Notes: generated by a model from the sequence alone, not told the origin. A stretch of 64,000 bases of DNA from an uncultured delta proteobacterium (GCA_963711565.1 CAVQEQ010000004.1:320001-384000), one strand, 5' to 3'; shown: positions 10,677 through 20,454, counted from the stretch's first letter. Program-made: numbers and translations.

Positions 10677-11792
10677 ATGGCGGCAAATCCCAAGGTCACC
10701 GGTGATGCTATCAGCATCGAACGGCCTACCAGCCGAGAACAGTTGGATGAATTCGCGCGCCTGCCATTCCAGGTTTATGGCGGACGCGACGCATGGTGGC
10801 CGCCCGACGTGCAGAACGAGATCGATCTGCTGTCGCGCCGCAGCCTGCTCTCGACCCATCTCGAAGTGACTCCCTTCTGCGCGCGCCGTGTGGGGCGCCT
10901 CGTCGCCCGCGTCAGCGCGGTGATCAATCGCCGCTATATCGAACATTGGAACGAGCAGCTCGGCCAGCTGATTCAATTCGAGGCGCTCGAAGGCGAGGAC
11001 GTTGCTATCGCCGCGATGCTCGACGAAGCGCTGCAGCTGCTGCGCGAACGCGGGATGCGCGCCGTGCGCAGCGGCTTCGCGGCGTTTCTCGATTATCCGT
11101 ATGCGATCGACAACTACGACTCGTTGCCGTCGTTCCTGCTCCGTGGAAATCCCGCGTCGTACCATCGCTACTTCAAGGAGGCGGGCTTCGTCACCGAAAA
11201 AGGGCAGGTCGATTACACCGCGCCGTTCACGCCGGAAATCCTCGTGCGCTATCGCCGGATGACCGACGCTGCCGCCGCGGCCGGCGTCGCGATTCAAAGC
11301 TGGCGCGAGTACGGATTTCTGGCCGCGATCGACGCGTGGACCGACGTGACCAACGCGGCGTTCGATCGCCATTGGGGATGGAATCCCGTGACGCGCGCTG
11401 AGGTGCGCCCGATGCTCACGTCGCTGTGGGAAACTCCCGTCGCCGACCTCTCGATGCTCGCGACCATCGACGGCGAGTGCGTCGGCGCCGTCTTCTCCGT
11501 GCCGGATCTCAGCCCCGCGCTGGCCCGCGTGCGTCGAGGTGTTCGCCTCGATCCCGAACGCGGCGGCGGCACCCGCGGCGCGCTCATCAATATCGGAGTC
11601 GTCGATCGTGCGCGCGGACGCGGTGTGGCGCTCGCGATGGCGGCGCGATCGTTCCTCGCGATGGCGCGGCGCAAGATGCGCTTCGCCGGCTACACGCTCG
11701 TTCTCGACGACAACTGGCCCTCGCGCCGCACGGCGCTTAGCCTGGGCGCGCAGGTCACCGGCAACTTCGTCACCTACCGCCGCGATCTGTAG
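10677..11792 (+). CDS. GNAT-fold protein (YghO-like)
   Basis: FARLPFQVY..WWPP, ARVSAVIN, NPASYHRYF and a C-terminal RARGRGVA acetyl-CoA motif. Confidence 0.65.
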   Translation: MAANPKVTGDAISIERPTSREQLDEFARLPFQVYGGRDAWWPPDVQNEIDLLSRRSLLSTHLEVTPFCARRVGRLVARVSAVINRRYIEHWNEQLGQLIQFEALEGEDVAIAAMLDEALQLLRERGMRAVRSGFAAFLDYPYAIDNYDSLPSFLLRGNPASYHRYFKEAGFVTEKGQVDYTAPFTPEILVRYRRMTDAAAAAGVAIQSWREYGFLAAIDAWTDVTNAAFDRHWGWNPVTRAEVRPMLTSLWETPVADLSMLATIDGECVGAVFSVPDLSPALARVRRGVRLDPERGGGTRGALINIGVVDRARGRGVALAMAARSFLAMARRKMRFAGYTLVLDDNWPSRRTALSLGAQVTGNFVTYRRDL

Positions 11793-11805
11793 TATTCAAT
11801 CCTCG

Positions 11806-12288
11806 ATGCTTAGCCTCCGCCTCGTCGTGCTCTTCGTGCACATCGTCGCCGTGATCGTTGCGCTCGGCGGCTCGCTGTTCAGCACCTTCGCGCTCGCTCC
11901 CGTGCTGGCTGCGGAACTCGACGCGTCGGCGCGGTTGCGCGTCGGTCGCCGAATCGTTCGCCGCGTCGGCGCGATCGTGCTTACATCGCTGGCCGTGTTA
12001 GTGGTGACTGGAATCCTCAACGTCCTCTTCATCGGCGGCGTTTCGATTCTGCTCGCGATCAAATTGCTCCTCGTGGTCGTCGTCATCGGCCTGGCGCTCT
12101 ATCAGTATGGAAGTATCGGCGCGCAAATCTGGCGGCTGTCGGCCGCCGGTCCGAGTCCGGAAGTCGCAAATCTCCAGGCGCGCTTTCGCCGCATCGGGCT
12201 GACCGTCGGCTCGCTCGTGTTGCTGATAGTCTATCTCTCGCTCGGACTCACGCGCGGCACCGGCGCGATTGTCGCGTCGATTCGCTGA
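11806..12288 (+). CDS. Four-TM membrane protein, CopD/DUF4149-like
   Basis: LFVHIVAVIVALGG, VLVVTGILN and LAIKLLLV pattern typical of CopD-like helices. Confidence 0.6.
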   Translation: MLSLRLVVLFVHIVAVIVALGGSLFSTFALAPVLAAELDASARLRVGRRIVRRVGAIVLTSLAVLVVTGILNVLFIGGVSILLAIKLLLVVVVIGLALYQYGSIGAQIWRLSAAGPSPEVANLQARFRRIGLTVGSLVLLIVYLSLGLTRGTGAIVASIR

Positions 12289-12299
12289 AAGGTTCTCCG

Positions 12300-12854
12300 A
12301 TGCCACGAAAGAACAAACCGCGCCGAACCCCCGCCTGGATGGGACGTCTCACCGCGCTCGCAATTCTGCTCGCCGTCATCTTCACGCTCAGCTACGGCAC
12401 CGGCGCGCATATCGTTGTGCGATATCTGGATCCGCCCTTCGGCGCATGGTGGAACTCCAACGAGTTCGCAATCGCCGAGTGCGCGGCCGCCGCCGTCGGC
12501 ATGCTGATCGGAATTCGCATCGCGGCGCGATTGGTGTTGGCCGGCGCACTGAGGAATCGTTCGATGATCGCCGCTGTAATCGTTGGCGCACTCGTACTCC
12601 CGATAGTAGGTCGGCTCAGCGCAGAGGTCGCGCGCTTCAGCTTCACCAGCGGCGGATCGACCGACGCGTGGCTGATCGACCACTTTGGCTACGACACCGG
12701 AATCGTTCTTGACAAGCTTCTGACGGCGGGCGTTTACTCGATCAAGATCGCACTGTTTGCGCTTCCAGTCGGGATGATTCTCTTCGGCCTCGCGATTGCT
12801 ATCTTCATGACGGCAGAACCCGCTGGCGACACGGCTGCCGCAACTTCCAGATAA
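12300..12854 (+). CDS. Hypothetical multi-TM membrane protein
   Basis: About 4 hydrophobic helices; sits in an operon-like run. Confidence 0.7.
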   Translation: MPRKNKPRRTPAWMGRLTALAILLAVIFTLSYGTGAHIVVRYLDPPFGAWWNSNEFAIAECAAAAVGMLIGIRIAARLVLAGALRNRSMIAAVIVGALVLPIVGRLSAEVARFSFTSGGSTDAWLIDHFGYDTGIVLDKLLTAGVYSIKIALFALPVGMILFGLAIAIFMTAEPAGDTAAATSR

Positions 12855-12856
12855 AA

Positions 12857-15736
12857 ATGAATCGAGACGACCGCAAGCCTCGCAAGCCACCCGGTATCAG
12901 CCGTCGCTCATTCATCAAGGGCGCCGGTGCGGTCGCTGCCGCCGCCGGTCTGGTGCGGGTGCGGCCCGCGTCCGCCGACGAGAAGCTGCTTCCCGTTGGC
13001 GTCGTCGAGCAACTTGGCCCCAACGCTTCGACGATCGAACTGAATATCAACGGCAAGACGGCGACGCTCGAAATCGAGCCGCGCGTCACTCTACTGCGCG
13101 CGCTGCGCGAACATCTCGGACTGACAGGCACGAAGCTCGTATGCGATCGCGGCGCGTGCGGCGCATGCACCGTGCATCTCGACAGCAAACCCGTCACCTC
13201 GTGCATGGTGCTGGCGATCGACGCGCGCGGACACCAGGTCACGACGATTGAAGGGCTCGGCACGCCCTCCAATATGCATCCGGTGCAGGCTGCATTCGTC
13301 GAAGAGGATGCGCAGCAGTGCGGTTTCTGCACGCCTGGGATGGTGATGTCGGTCGCCGCCGCGCTCGAGCGCAATCCGTCCGCGACGACCGACGAAATCA
13401 AGCGCGCGACCGCCGGCAACACCTGCCGATGCGGTACTTACCCGCACGTCTTCGCGGCCGCGCTCAAAGCCGCCCGGCCCGAAACCGCCAAATCCGCGCG
13501 TGCCACCGCCGCGACGAAGGACGTTCTGATGTCGCGACGCGTCACCCTCAACCTCGGCTTCCAGGGCAACACTCAAGACGTAACCGTCGTCATCCCCGAC
13601 GACGAGCCGACTCCGTGGGATTGGGGCGACCGCCTGTCCGTCGTTGGCAAGCCCACCCCGCGCGTCGATGGACCCCTGAAGGCGACCGGTGCCGCGCACT
13701 ACACCTACGATATCGAATTGCCCGGCATGCTCTACGGCGCGATCCTGCGCAGCCCCTGGCCGCACGCGCGGATTCGCGACATCGATCTGTCCGCCGCGCA
13801 GCATCTTGCCGGCGTGCGCGCCGTGCTTGCGCTTGACGATCGTGAAGTCCGCTTCGCCGGACAGGAAGTCGCCGCCGTCGCCGCGCTCAGTTCCGACATC
13901 GCCGCCGACGCGCTCAAGTTGATCAAGGTTGATTACGAAACCCTGCCGTTCGTGGTCGATATGGACGCGGCGATGGCGGATTCCGCGCCGCGCGTCTTCG
14001 GAATCGGTTCCAACGTCGGCAAGACTTCGAAGTCGAGCATCGGCGACGTGCCGCGCGGCCTCGAGGTCGCTACGAACACGATCGAGGCCACCTACACGAC
14101 CGCTGTGCAGACCCATGTATGCCTCGAGACGCACGGCGCGGTCGCGAGCTTCAACGCGGCCGGCGACCAGCTAACCGTCTGGTGCTCGACCCAGGGCGTC
14201 TTTTCCGCGCGCGACGATCTGGCAGTGTACTTCAGCCTGCCGCCCGACAGCGTGCGCGTCGTCTGCGAGTACCTTGGCGGCGGCTTCGGCTCGAAATTCG
14301 GCGCGACTCCGGAAATGATCATCGCCGCGCGGCTGGCCAGGGCGGCCAGCGTGCCGGTCAAGGTAATGCTTCCGCGCGGTGACGAGAGTCGCTCGACAGG
14401 CAACCGTCCGAACTCGGAGCAAAAGGTCAAGCTCGGCGTCGATCGCGACGGCAAGCTGACCGCGATTGATCTCGTGACGCGCGGCAGCGGCGGGATTGGC
14501 GGCGGTGCGAGCAGCGGCGGCCCGTTCAAGTCAATTTACAAATGCGCGAATATCCGGATTCAGGAAACCAACATCTATACGAACGCGGGACCGTCGTCAC
14601 CGATGCGCGCGCCCGGATGGCCGCAGGGATGCTTCGTGCTGGAACTCGCGATGGACGAGATGGCGCGCAAGGCTGGAATCGATCGCCTCGAGTTCCGCCG
14701 CCGCAACAGCGACAATCCGGTGCGCGCAGCCGAATACGAAATCGGCGCGCGCGCGTTCGGATGGGCCGAAAAAAACGAGACGGCGAAATCGAGTGGACCG
14801 ATCAAGCGCGGCGTCGGCGTCGCGTCCGCCGAATGGCACGCGGTCGGAGTGTCGGGCCCCGAGGCGCAGGTGATCGCGCATCGCGACGGCAGCGTCGAGG
14901 TCCGCGTCGGCACGCAGGATATCGGCACCGGCACGCGCACGGTCCTCGCGATCATCGCGGCCGAGGAACTCGGCTTGCCGGTGAGCCGCGTGAAATCGGA
15001 AATCGGCGATACGCGATTTCTTTTTTCAGTGCCGAGCGGCGGCAGTCTCAGCGCGCCGTCCAATTCGCCCGCTGTGCGCCAGGCCGCGGCGCATCTCAAG
15101 GACAAGCTGTTTCGGATCGCCGCGCCGATGCTTGGCGCCGAACCCAGCGACCTCGAAGCTGCCAACGAAACGATCCGCGTGCGCACTAATCCTTCGCGCG
15201 CGATTGCATTCACCGACGTGTGCAGGCGAATTCCCGGCGATTCGATTTCCGCGCAGGGCGAGCGCGTCCCCAACTACGGCGGCTTTCGCACCGACCAGGC
15301 CGGATGCCAGTTCGCCGAAGTCGAAGTCGATACCGAGACCGGAATCGTGCGCGTTACACACGTCGTCGCCGTGCACGACGCTGGCCGCATCGTCGATCCG
15401 CTGACTGCGCGCAGCCAGGTCAATGGCGGCATCCTGATGGGAATCGGCTACGCGCTGTTCGAGGATCGCCGGATGGACCCGGAGCTCGGCATCATGGTGA
15501 ATCCGACGATGGACGACTACAAGCTGCTCGGCGCACTCGACGTGCCGCAAATCGACGTGACGTTCTTCGAGGTCGCCAACGGGATCACGAATACCGGCGT
15601 GATGGGCCTCGGCGAAGTGTCGCACGTCGCCAGCACGGCCGCGGTCGCATGCGCAGTGTACAACGCGATCGGCGTGCCTGTGCGTTCGCTGCCGATGACG
15701 CCGGATCGCGTGCTCGCGGCCCTGGGGCACGCGTGA
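12857..15736 (+). CDS. Xanthine dehydrogenase-family molybdoenzyme: TAT signal, 2x[2Fe-2S] domain and Mo-binding domain (PaoA+PaoC-like, apparently fused)
   Basis: SRRSFIK; CDRGACGACTV; QCGFCTPG; CRCGTY; GGGFGSK; MRAPG; DIGTG; QVNGG; GLGE. Confidence 0.9.
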   Translation: MNRDDRKPRKPPGISRRSFIKGAGAVAAAAGLVRVRPASADEKLLPVGVVEQLGPNASTIELNINGKTATLEIEPRVTLLRALREHLGLTGTKLVCDRGACGACTVHLDSKPVTSCMVLAIDARGHQVTTIEGLGTPSNMHPVQAAFVEEDAQQCGFCTPGMVMSVAAALERNPSATTDEIKRATAGNTCRCGTYPHVFAAALKAARPETAKSARATAATKDVLMSRRVTLNLGFQGNTQDVTVVIPDDEPTPWDWGDRLSVVGKPTPRVDGPLKATGAAHYTYDIELPGMLYGAILRSPWPHARIRDIDLSAAQHLAGVRAVLALDDREVRFAGQEVAAVAALSSDIAADALKLIKVDYETLPFVVDMDAAMADSAPRVFGIGSNVGKTSKSSIGDVPRGLEVATNTIEATYTTAVQTHVCLETHGAVASFNAAGDQLTVWCSTQGVFSARDDLAVYFSLPPDSVRVVCEYLGGGFGSKFGATPEMIIAARLARAASVPVKVMLPRGDESRSTGNRPNSEQKVKLGVDRDGKLTAIDLVTRGSGGIGGGASSGGPFKSIYKCANIRIQETNIYTNAGPSSPMRAPGWPQGCFVLELAMDEMARKAGIDRLEFRRRNSDNPVRAAEYEIGARAFGWAEKNETAKSSGPIKRGVGVASAEWHAVGVSGPEAQVIAHRDGSVEVRVGTQDIGTGTRTVLAIIAAEELGLPVSRVKSEIGDTRFLFSVPSGGSLSAPSNSPAVRQAAAHLKDKLFRIAAPMLGAEPSDLEAANETIRVRTNPSRAIAFTDVCRRIPGDSISAQGERVPNYGGFRTDQAGCQFAEVEVDTETGIVRVTHVVAVHDAGRIVDPLTARSQVNGGILMGIGYALFEDRRMDPELGIMVNPTMDDYKLLGALDVPQIDVTFFEVANGITNTGVMGLGEVSHVASTAAVACAVYNAIGVPVRSLPMTPDRVLAALGHA

Positions 15737-15752
15737 AGGATTCGGAACCGCG

Positions 15753-16745
15753 ATGAACCGATTCGAAGTGATTACGCCCGCCGACGTTGCAATCGCGTCG
15801 CGCTTACTTGCCGAGAACGGCAACGTCGCGTTCGCGGGCGGTGTCGACGTGATCGATCTGTCGAAGCAAAATATCGTATCGCCGGCCGCACTGGTGAATC
15901 TCAAGGGCCTGAAAGAACTCGACGGAATCGAGCTGCGCCCGTCGGGCGATCTTCGACTCGGCGCGACGGTCAAGCTAAGCGAAGTCAGTGAGCATCCCGC
16001 GATTCGCGCGCGCTTCACCGCGATTGCCGAGGCTGCCGGCGAAGCGGCGACGCCGCAGATTCGCAATCTCGGCACGGTCGGTGGGAATATCCTGCAGCGC
16101 CCGCGATGCTGGTACTTCCGCAATCCCGACGTGAATTGCCTGAAGAAGGGCGGCGACACCTGCTACTCGATCGGCGGCCTCAATCGCTATCACGCGATTC
16201 TCGGCGGCGGCCCGTCGTTCATCGTGCATCCGTCAAATCTCGCGCCCGCGCTGATCGCGATGCGTGCGAGCGCGACGATCGTCGGCCCAAGTGGACAGCG
16301 CAGCGTCGAGCTCGAAAAATTCTTCACACTGCCCGCCGTCGATCCGAAGCGCGAAAATTCTCTCAAGCCCGGCGAGATAATCACCGAAGTGATCGTGCCC
16401 GCGCCGTCTGCTGGCGCGCGCAGCCATTACCTCGAGGCGCGCGAGAAGCAGAGCTTCGACTGGCCGCTGGTCAGCGTCGCGATCGTCCTCGATCGCGCGC
16501 CCGGTGCGAACACTGTCCGCGATGCGCGCGTCGTCATGGGTGCGGTCGCTCCAATCCCGTGGCGATCGCCCGAGGCCGAAGCCGCGCTCAAGAGCGGGCC
16601 GCTCGACGAGTCGCGCGCGCGTGCCGCCGCCGAGGCCGCGCTAAAGGACGCACAGCCGATGTCCGACAACGCGTACAAGGTGGTGATTGCGAAGGTGATC
16701 GTGCGCCGCGCGATCATGAGTGCCGCCGGATTGGAGGCTGCCTGA
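15753..16745 (+). CDS. FAD-binding subunit of the molybdoenzyme (PaoB/YagS-like, with 4Fe-4S Cys motif)
   Basis: AGGVD, ATPQIRNLGTVGGNILQRPRCWYFR, CLKKGGDTC, HPS, GAVAPIPWR, NAYK. Confidence 0.92.
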   Translation: MNRFEVITPADVAIASRLLAENGNVAFAGGVDVIDLSKQNIVSPAALVNLKGLKELDGIELRPSGDLRLGATVKLSEVSEHPAIRARFTAIAEAAGEAATPQIRNLGTVGGNILQRPRCWYFRNPDVNCLKKGGDTCYSIGGLNRYHAILGGGPSFIVHPSNLAPALIAMRASATIVGPSGQRSVELEKFFTLPAVDPKRENSLKPGEIITEVIVPAPSAGARSHYLEAREKQSFDWPLVSVAIVLDRAPGANTVRDARVVMGAVAPIPWRSPEAEAALKSGPLDESRARAAAEAALKDAQPMSDNAYKVVIAKVIVRRAIMSAAGLEAA

Positions 16746-16746
16746 T

Positions 16747-16944
16747 ATGCCGTCGCCATTCTGCGCGCTGCTGCGCACCAAGACCGCGTACTGCCGCACG
16801 CCCGACGGCGATCGCATCTTCAAGCCCGACGATGCGGCCGCGTGTTACACGTGCCTCAAGACGCAGCGGCCGGTCGGACCCGACGGGCATCCCGTCGATG
16901 CGCAATTCTGCGGAACGGATCGGGGATGCTTCGAGCAGGAATAA
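16747..16944 (+). CDS. Small Cys-rich protein (65 aa)
   Basis: ATG 1 nt after the FAD subunit stop; FCALLRTK...CYTCLKTQRPVGPDG...C...RGCF; GC-typical codons. Confidence 0.7.
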   Translation: MPSPFCALLRTKTAYCRTPDGDRIFKPDDAAACYTCLKTQRPVGPDGHPVDAQFCGTDRGCFEQE

Positions 16945-16968
16945 TAATTCGCAGGAGGACCGACAGCG

Positions 16969-17628
16969 ATGAGCGAGAATGCGGACGAATACGGTCCGGT
17001 CGCGACGCGGATGATCTTCGACAACGACAACGTCCGCGTGTGGGAGATGGACCTCGCGCCCGGTGCGGTCTGCGGGCTGCATCATCACACGATGGACTAC
17101 GTGCTGTTCATCCTGTCGGGCGCGAACGTCGGCGCGCAGTCGCCGGGCGGCCGCAAGATGATGCCGTTTCCGGTGAAGGCCCGCGCTACCTATTTCGTGC
17201 CGGCCGGAGGAATCGAGAGCGCGCACAACATGGGCGACACGCGATTTTTCGAGGCGTTGTTCGAACTCAAGCGGCCGGCGAAACCGGGACGCGATAAGCT
17301 GGGCTTCGTCGGATGCGAGGCGGTCGCCGGCAAAGAGCCCGAGCCCGGCACGATCACGATTCTCGACAACGCGCGCGTCCGCGTTTCCGAAACCACGCTC
17401 GCGCCCGGCGGCCAAACCGGCGTGCGGCGATGGTCGCATGATACTGCGATGTACGTCGCCGAAGGCGGTCCGCTGAAGATCGTCGAGCGCGCCGACGACG
17501 GCGATGAGCGCTCGCGCGAGCAATCGCTTTCGGCGGGAAGCGTGCTATGGTGCCCGAAAGGTACGCATCGAGGCATCGTCAACCTCGGAACAGAACGCTA
17601 CCGCCAAATCGCTGTCGAGCTAAAATGA
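16969..17628 (+). CDS. Tandem cupin-domain protein
   Basis: Two DN.RVRV.E..LAPG...H.H/HD units; AGGAGG RBS. Confidence 0.8.
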   Translation: MSENADEYGPVATRMIFDNDNVRVWEMDLAPGAVCGLHHHTMDYVLFILSGANVGAQSPGGRKMMPFPVKARATYFVPAGGIESAHNMGDTRFFEALFELKRPAKPGRDKLGFVGCEAVAGKEPEPGTITILDNARVRVSETTLAPGGQTGVRRWSHDTAMYVAEGGPLKIVERADDGDERSREQSLSAGSVLWCPKGTHRGIVNLGTERYRQIAVELK

Positions 17629-17658
17629 GGCGGTCGAGTTAAAGTGATACTTTAGAAT

Positions 17659-18951
17659 ATGAAAAAACCGTACGGACTCCGCCTGCCGCTGTCCGTCATC
17701 GCAGCTTTTTTCGCGCTGACATTTCCACTCACCCCCGCTCATGCCCAGGTCAAGCCCGGCGATCACATCACGGCCAAGACCGCCGAGCAGGTCCGCGCGC
17801 TCGTCAGTCCGGGGACGTTTATCGCAGTCTCCAGGGGCATGGAGATGAACATCGTCGCGCCGGGCCGCGTCACCTGGCCGCCGCCGTTCCAGGATGCGAC
17901 CGAAAAATATTCGGGCCAGGTGCGCCTCGCCCCCGACCATCGCGATCTCCTCGGCTACGTCGCCGGGCAGCCGTTCCCGCTGCTCGATCCCAACGATCCC
18001 GACATCGCGACCAAGATCATGTGGAACCAGTACTTCAAGCCGATCTCGAGTGACGACTACGACTTGCGCTTTTTCGAATGCCAGGTGGCGAAGCAAAATC
18101 CCGGTGCGGAACAGTCGCTGATGACCTTGACCGAGGTCGGCCATCTGGCCGGCTACTCTGACATCGGACGCACCGAGGTCGAACCGATGCCCGAAGATCC
18201 CGATTTCAAGGCTACCGGTATTTGGTCGCGCGCCGGTGCCTATCCCACCCTCGCGCCTGCCGAAGATCGCGGCAGCGGTGCGATCCTCTATCGTTACTGG
18301 GACGCGATGAAGGCCGACGACACGTGGGCATTCCTGGCGGGAACGCGTCGCGTGCGCCGGGTCAACGAAGTGATGCTGAGTTCATCGCCAGGACTTTCAA
18401 CCTGGGACGCCGATCACGCCGGTGGATTTGGCGCCAAGCCGCAGGAGTACAATTTCAAATATCTCGGCGACAAGAACATGCTCGCATGCGTTCATGCCGA
18501 GAACTCGCCCGCGCAACCGTGCAAGACTGACGGCGGCGCAACGTCATGCCCTGACGATTGGGAGATGCGCCATCTCTACGTAGTCGAAGTGACTCCGCGC
18601 CCGGAAAGAATCTCGGGCGTGCTGCAGTCGAAGACGATCGTCTACGTTGACGGCGAGGGATGGTTCAATCCGTACGTCGATAGCTACGATCAGAAGGGCG
18701 AGTTGTGGAAGACGCAGATTTATCTGAACACCTATCGCGATCGCCCGGTGCCCGACGCCAAGATTGCGGTCTATCCGTTCAAGCGTGAGTTCATCGTCGC
18801 CGCCTCGAGCATCGACGTACAATCCGGCGTCTCGACAACCTGCTACCTCCCCGGCCCCGACACCCCCGAGCGCGAATGCTGGTACATAAACATGGGCGCC
18901 GTCGATAAGAGCTTCTTCACAACCGAGGCACTAACCAAAGCGGGCCACTGA
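17659..18951 (+). CDS. DUF1329-family secreted protein
   Basis: Signal peptide, ATEKYSGQV, GQPFP, IMWN, DDTWAF...RRVRR, DSYDQKGELWK. Confidence 0.8.
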   Translation: MKKPYGLRLPLSVIAAFFALTFPLTPAHAQVKPGDHITAKTAEQVRALVSPGTFIAVSRGMEMNIVAPGRVTWPPPFQDATEKYSGQVRLAPDHRDLLGYVAGQPFPLLDPNDPDIATKIMWNQYFKPISSDDYDLRFFECQVAKQNPGAEQSLMTLTEVGHLAGYSDIGRTEVEPMPEDPDFKATGIWSRAGAYPTLAPAEDRGSGAILYRYWDAMKADDTWAFLAGTRRVRRVNEVMLSSSPGLSTWDADHAGGFGAKPQEYNFKYLGDKNMLACVHAENSPAQPCKTDGGATSCPDDWEMRHLYVVEVTPRPERISGVLQSKTIVYVDGEGWFNPYVDSYDQKGELWKTQIYLNTYRDRPVPDAKIAVYPFKREFIVAASSIDVQSGVSTTCYLPGPDTPERECWYINMGAVDKSFFTTEALTKAGH

Positions 18952-18964
18952 TCCCTTGGCCTGA

Positions 18965-19035
18965 GTAGGACGAAATTTATTTCGTCGATTCCGTATTTCT
19001 TACGGCAGACACTGACGGAATAAATTCCGTCCTAC
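18965..19035. repeat. GTAG-type REP doublet (REPIN-like)
   Basis: GTAGGACGAAATTTATTTCGTC...GACGGAATAAATTCCGTCCTAC: two inverted palindromes, each with a GTAG foot, between convergent genes. Confidence 0.8.
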
Positions 19036-20297
19036 TTAATCGCCAGCGCGTTCGGCGGCGATCCCACTCCTCCCGGTATGTTGAGCGGCGCCAACGTCAG
19101 GAAGAAATCGTAGTCGCCGTCGGCGGCGCAATCGTCCGCCAGCCCTTCGAGATTCCACATCTCGCCGATCGGCATCCCGAAGAACGCGAGCATGTGGAAA
19201 TGTAGAAACTCCGCTTCTTCGCCCGCCGGTTTCGGCAAGGCCTCGAGCGCCGGCGAATCCGACGCGACCGCCGCCAGGTGATTGTTCCACAGCCATCGCG
19301 CCGTGCGCTCGCTGCCTTCGATTCCGGGGACTACGGTCTCCTTGGCCAGCTCCGCCTTAATCTCGTGGCTCGCCGACAGGTAAAACTTCGTCCATCCGAT
19401 GCGAATCAGCAGGATGTCGCCGGCCTGCAGCTCGACGCCTTCATCTTCGAGCGCGGCCTGCACGTCTTCGAGCGGAATCGACTCGGCCGTGGTGAAATTG
19501 ATCGATTTGCCGACGCGTTCATGATATCGCGCCACGTCCGCGAGCACTCCGCGCCCCGCGATTCCGCGCCGCGCCAGGTTGTCGATCCCCAGCCGCATCC
19601 CGCCGCGCCCGGTCATTTCTTTGTCGGGAATCCCGTTGTACGCCCCATGCACCGGATGCTTTACGTGCGCGAGCGCGTCCCATTGCGACGACGCTTGCGG
19701 ATAGAAGTTGTCCAGGAAGTCGTCGAGCACGAATTCCGCATTCGGGAAAATCTTGATGGTGTGCGTATGCTTGCCGCGGGTGAACAGCGGCGGGTCGGGG
19801 ATGTTGATCGGTAGATTGAGCGCGAACACTTTGCCGGTCCGAATCGACGAGGTCGCCGCGACCACGCGCTCCGGCGTCAGCAGGTTGATCGTGCCGACTT
19901 CGTCGTCGTCGCCGAACACTCCCCACGCCGCGCCCGCCGGCGCGCCTTTCCGCACCGGCAGCTCGTCGTAGCTGGGGAGCTTTGATGGGGGCGAGATGGC
20001 CTCGCGCACTGCGCGGGTGGCCCGCGCCGCGATTTCACCGACTTTTCGCACCGCCGCCCGCTCCATCCGTCCGATTGAGCTCTCGAGATCGACGGATGCG
20101 CGCGTGGATGCCGTCACAACCTCGGCAACCTTGCGTTCTATCTTCCTGGAAACCTTCTTCGGCGCCGGCTTCGCGGCCTTGACCGCGACCGCGCGCTTGA
20201 CGCCCTTGGATACGGCCTTTTTTCCCTTGACCGCTTTGGGAGCGACTTTGCGCGCCTTGGGCGCCGCTTTCCTGACTTTCTTTTTGGACTTGGCCAC
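19032..20297 (-). CDS. Cyclase/kynurenine formamidase-family metal hydrolase with Lys/Ala-rich N-terminal extension
   Basis: DEVGTINLL, SSQWDALAH, GRGVLAD, GDILLIRIGW, AVASD, GEMWNLE, GGVGSP. Confidence 0.88.
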   Translation of the reverse strand: MAKSKKKVRKAAPKARKVAPKAVKGKKAVSKGVKRAVAVKAAKPAPKKVSRKIERKVAEVVTASTRASVDLESSIGRMERAAVRKVGEIAARATRAVREAISPPSKLPSYDELPVRKGAPAGAAWGVFGDDDEVGTINLLTPERVVAATSSIRTGKVFALNLPINIPDPPLFTRGKHTHTIKIFPNAEFVLDDFLDNFYPQASSQWDALAHVKHPVHGAYNGIPDKEMTGRGGMRLGIDNLARRGIAGRGVLADVARYHERVGKSINFTTAESIPLEDVQAALEDEGVELQAGDILLIRIGWTKFYLSASHEIKAELAKETVVPGIEGSERTARWLWNNHLAAVASDSPALEALPKPAGEEAEFLHFHMLAFFGMPIGEMWNLEGLADDCAADGDYDFFLTLAPLNIPGGVGSPPNALAIK

Positions 20298-20454
20298 CGG
20301 CTAGTACCTCCTCACAATGGGCGGGAATAAAGTGGGGCGGGCCGCCGTGCCCGCCATCGCATCCTCTCATTAACAGACCGCCCGCCAATGGCAAGAGTGA
20401 TTTCAAGCCCATTAGCGGTCCGCTCCGCGACCCTCAATTAACGGCATTTCGGCC

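Noticed and set aside
18948-18975. Hammerhead-ribozyme-like CTGA...GGACGAAA
   Set aside because: Lacks the CUGANGA core and stem II pairing; the GTAG REP palindrome explains it.
20331-20357. GTGGGGCGGGCCGCCGTGCCCGCC REP-like hairpin
   Set aside because: Single copy in the window; cannot be established as a repeat.
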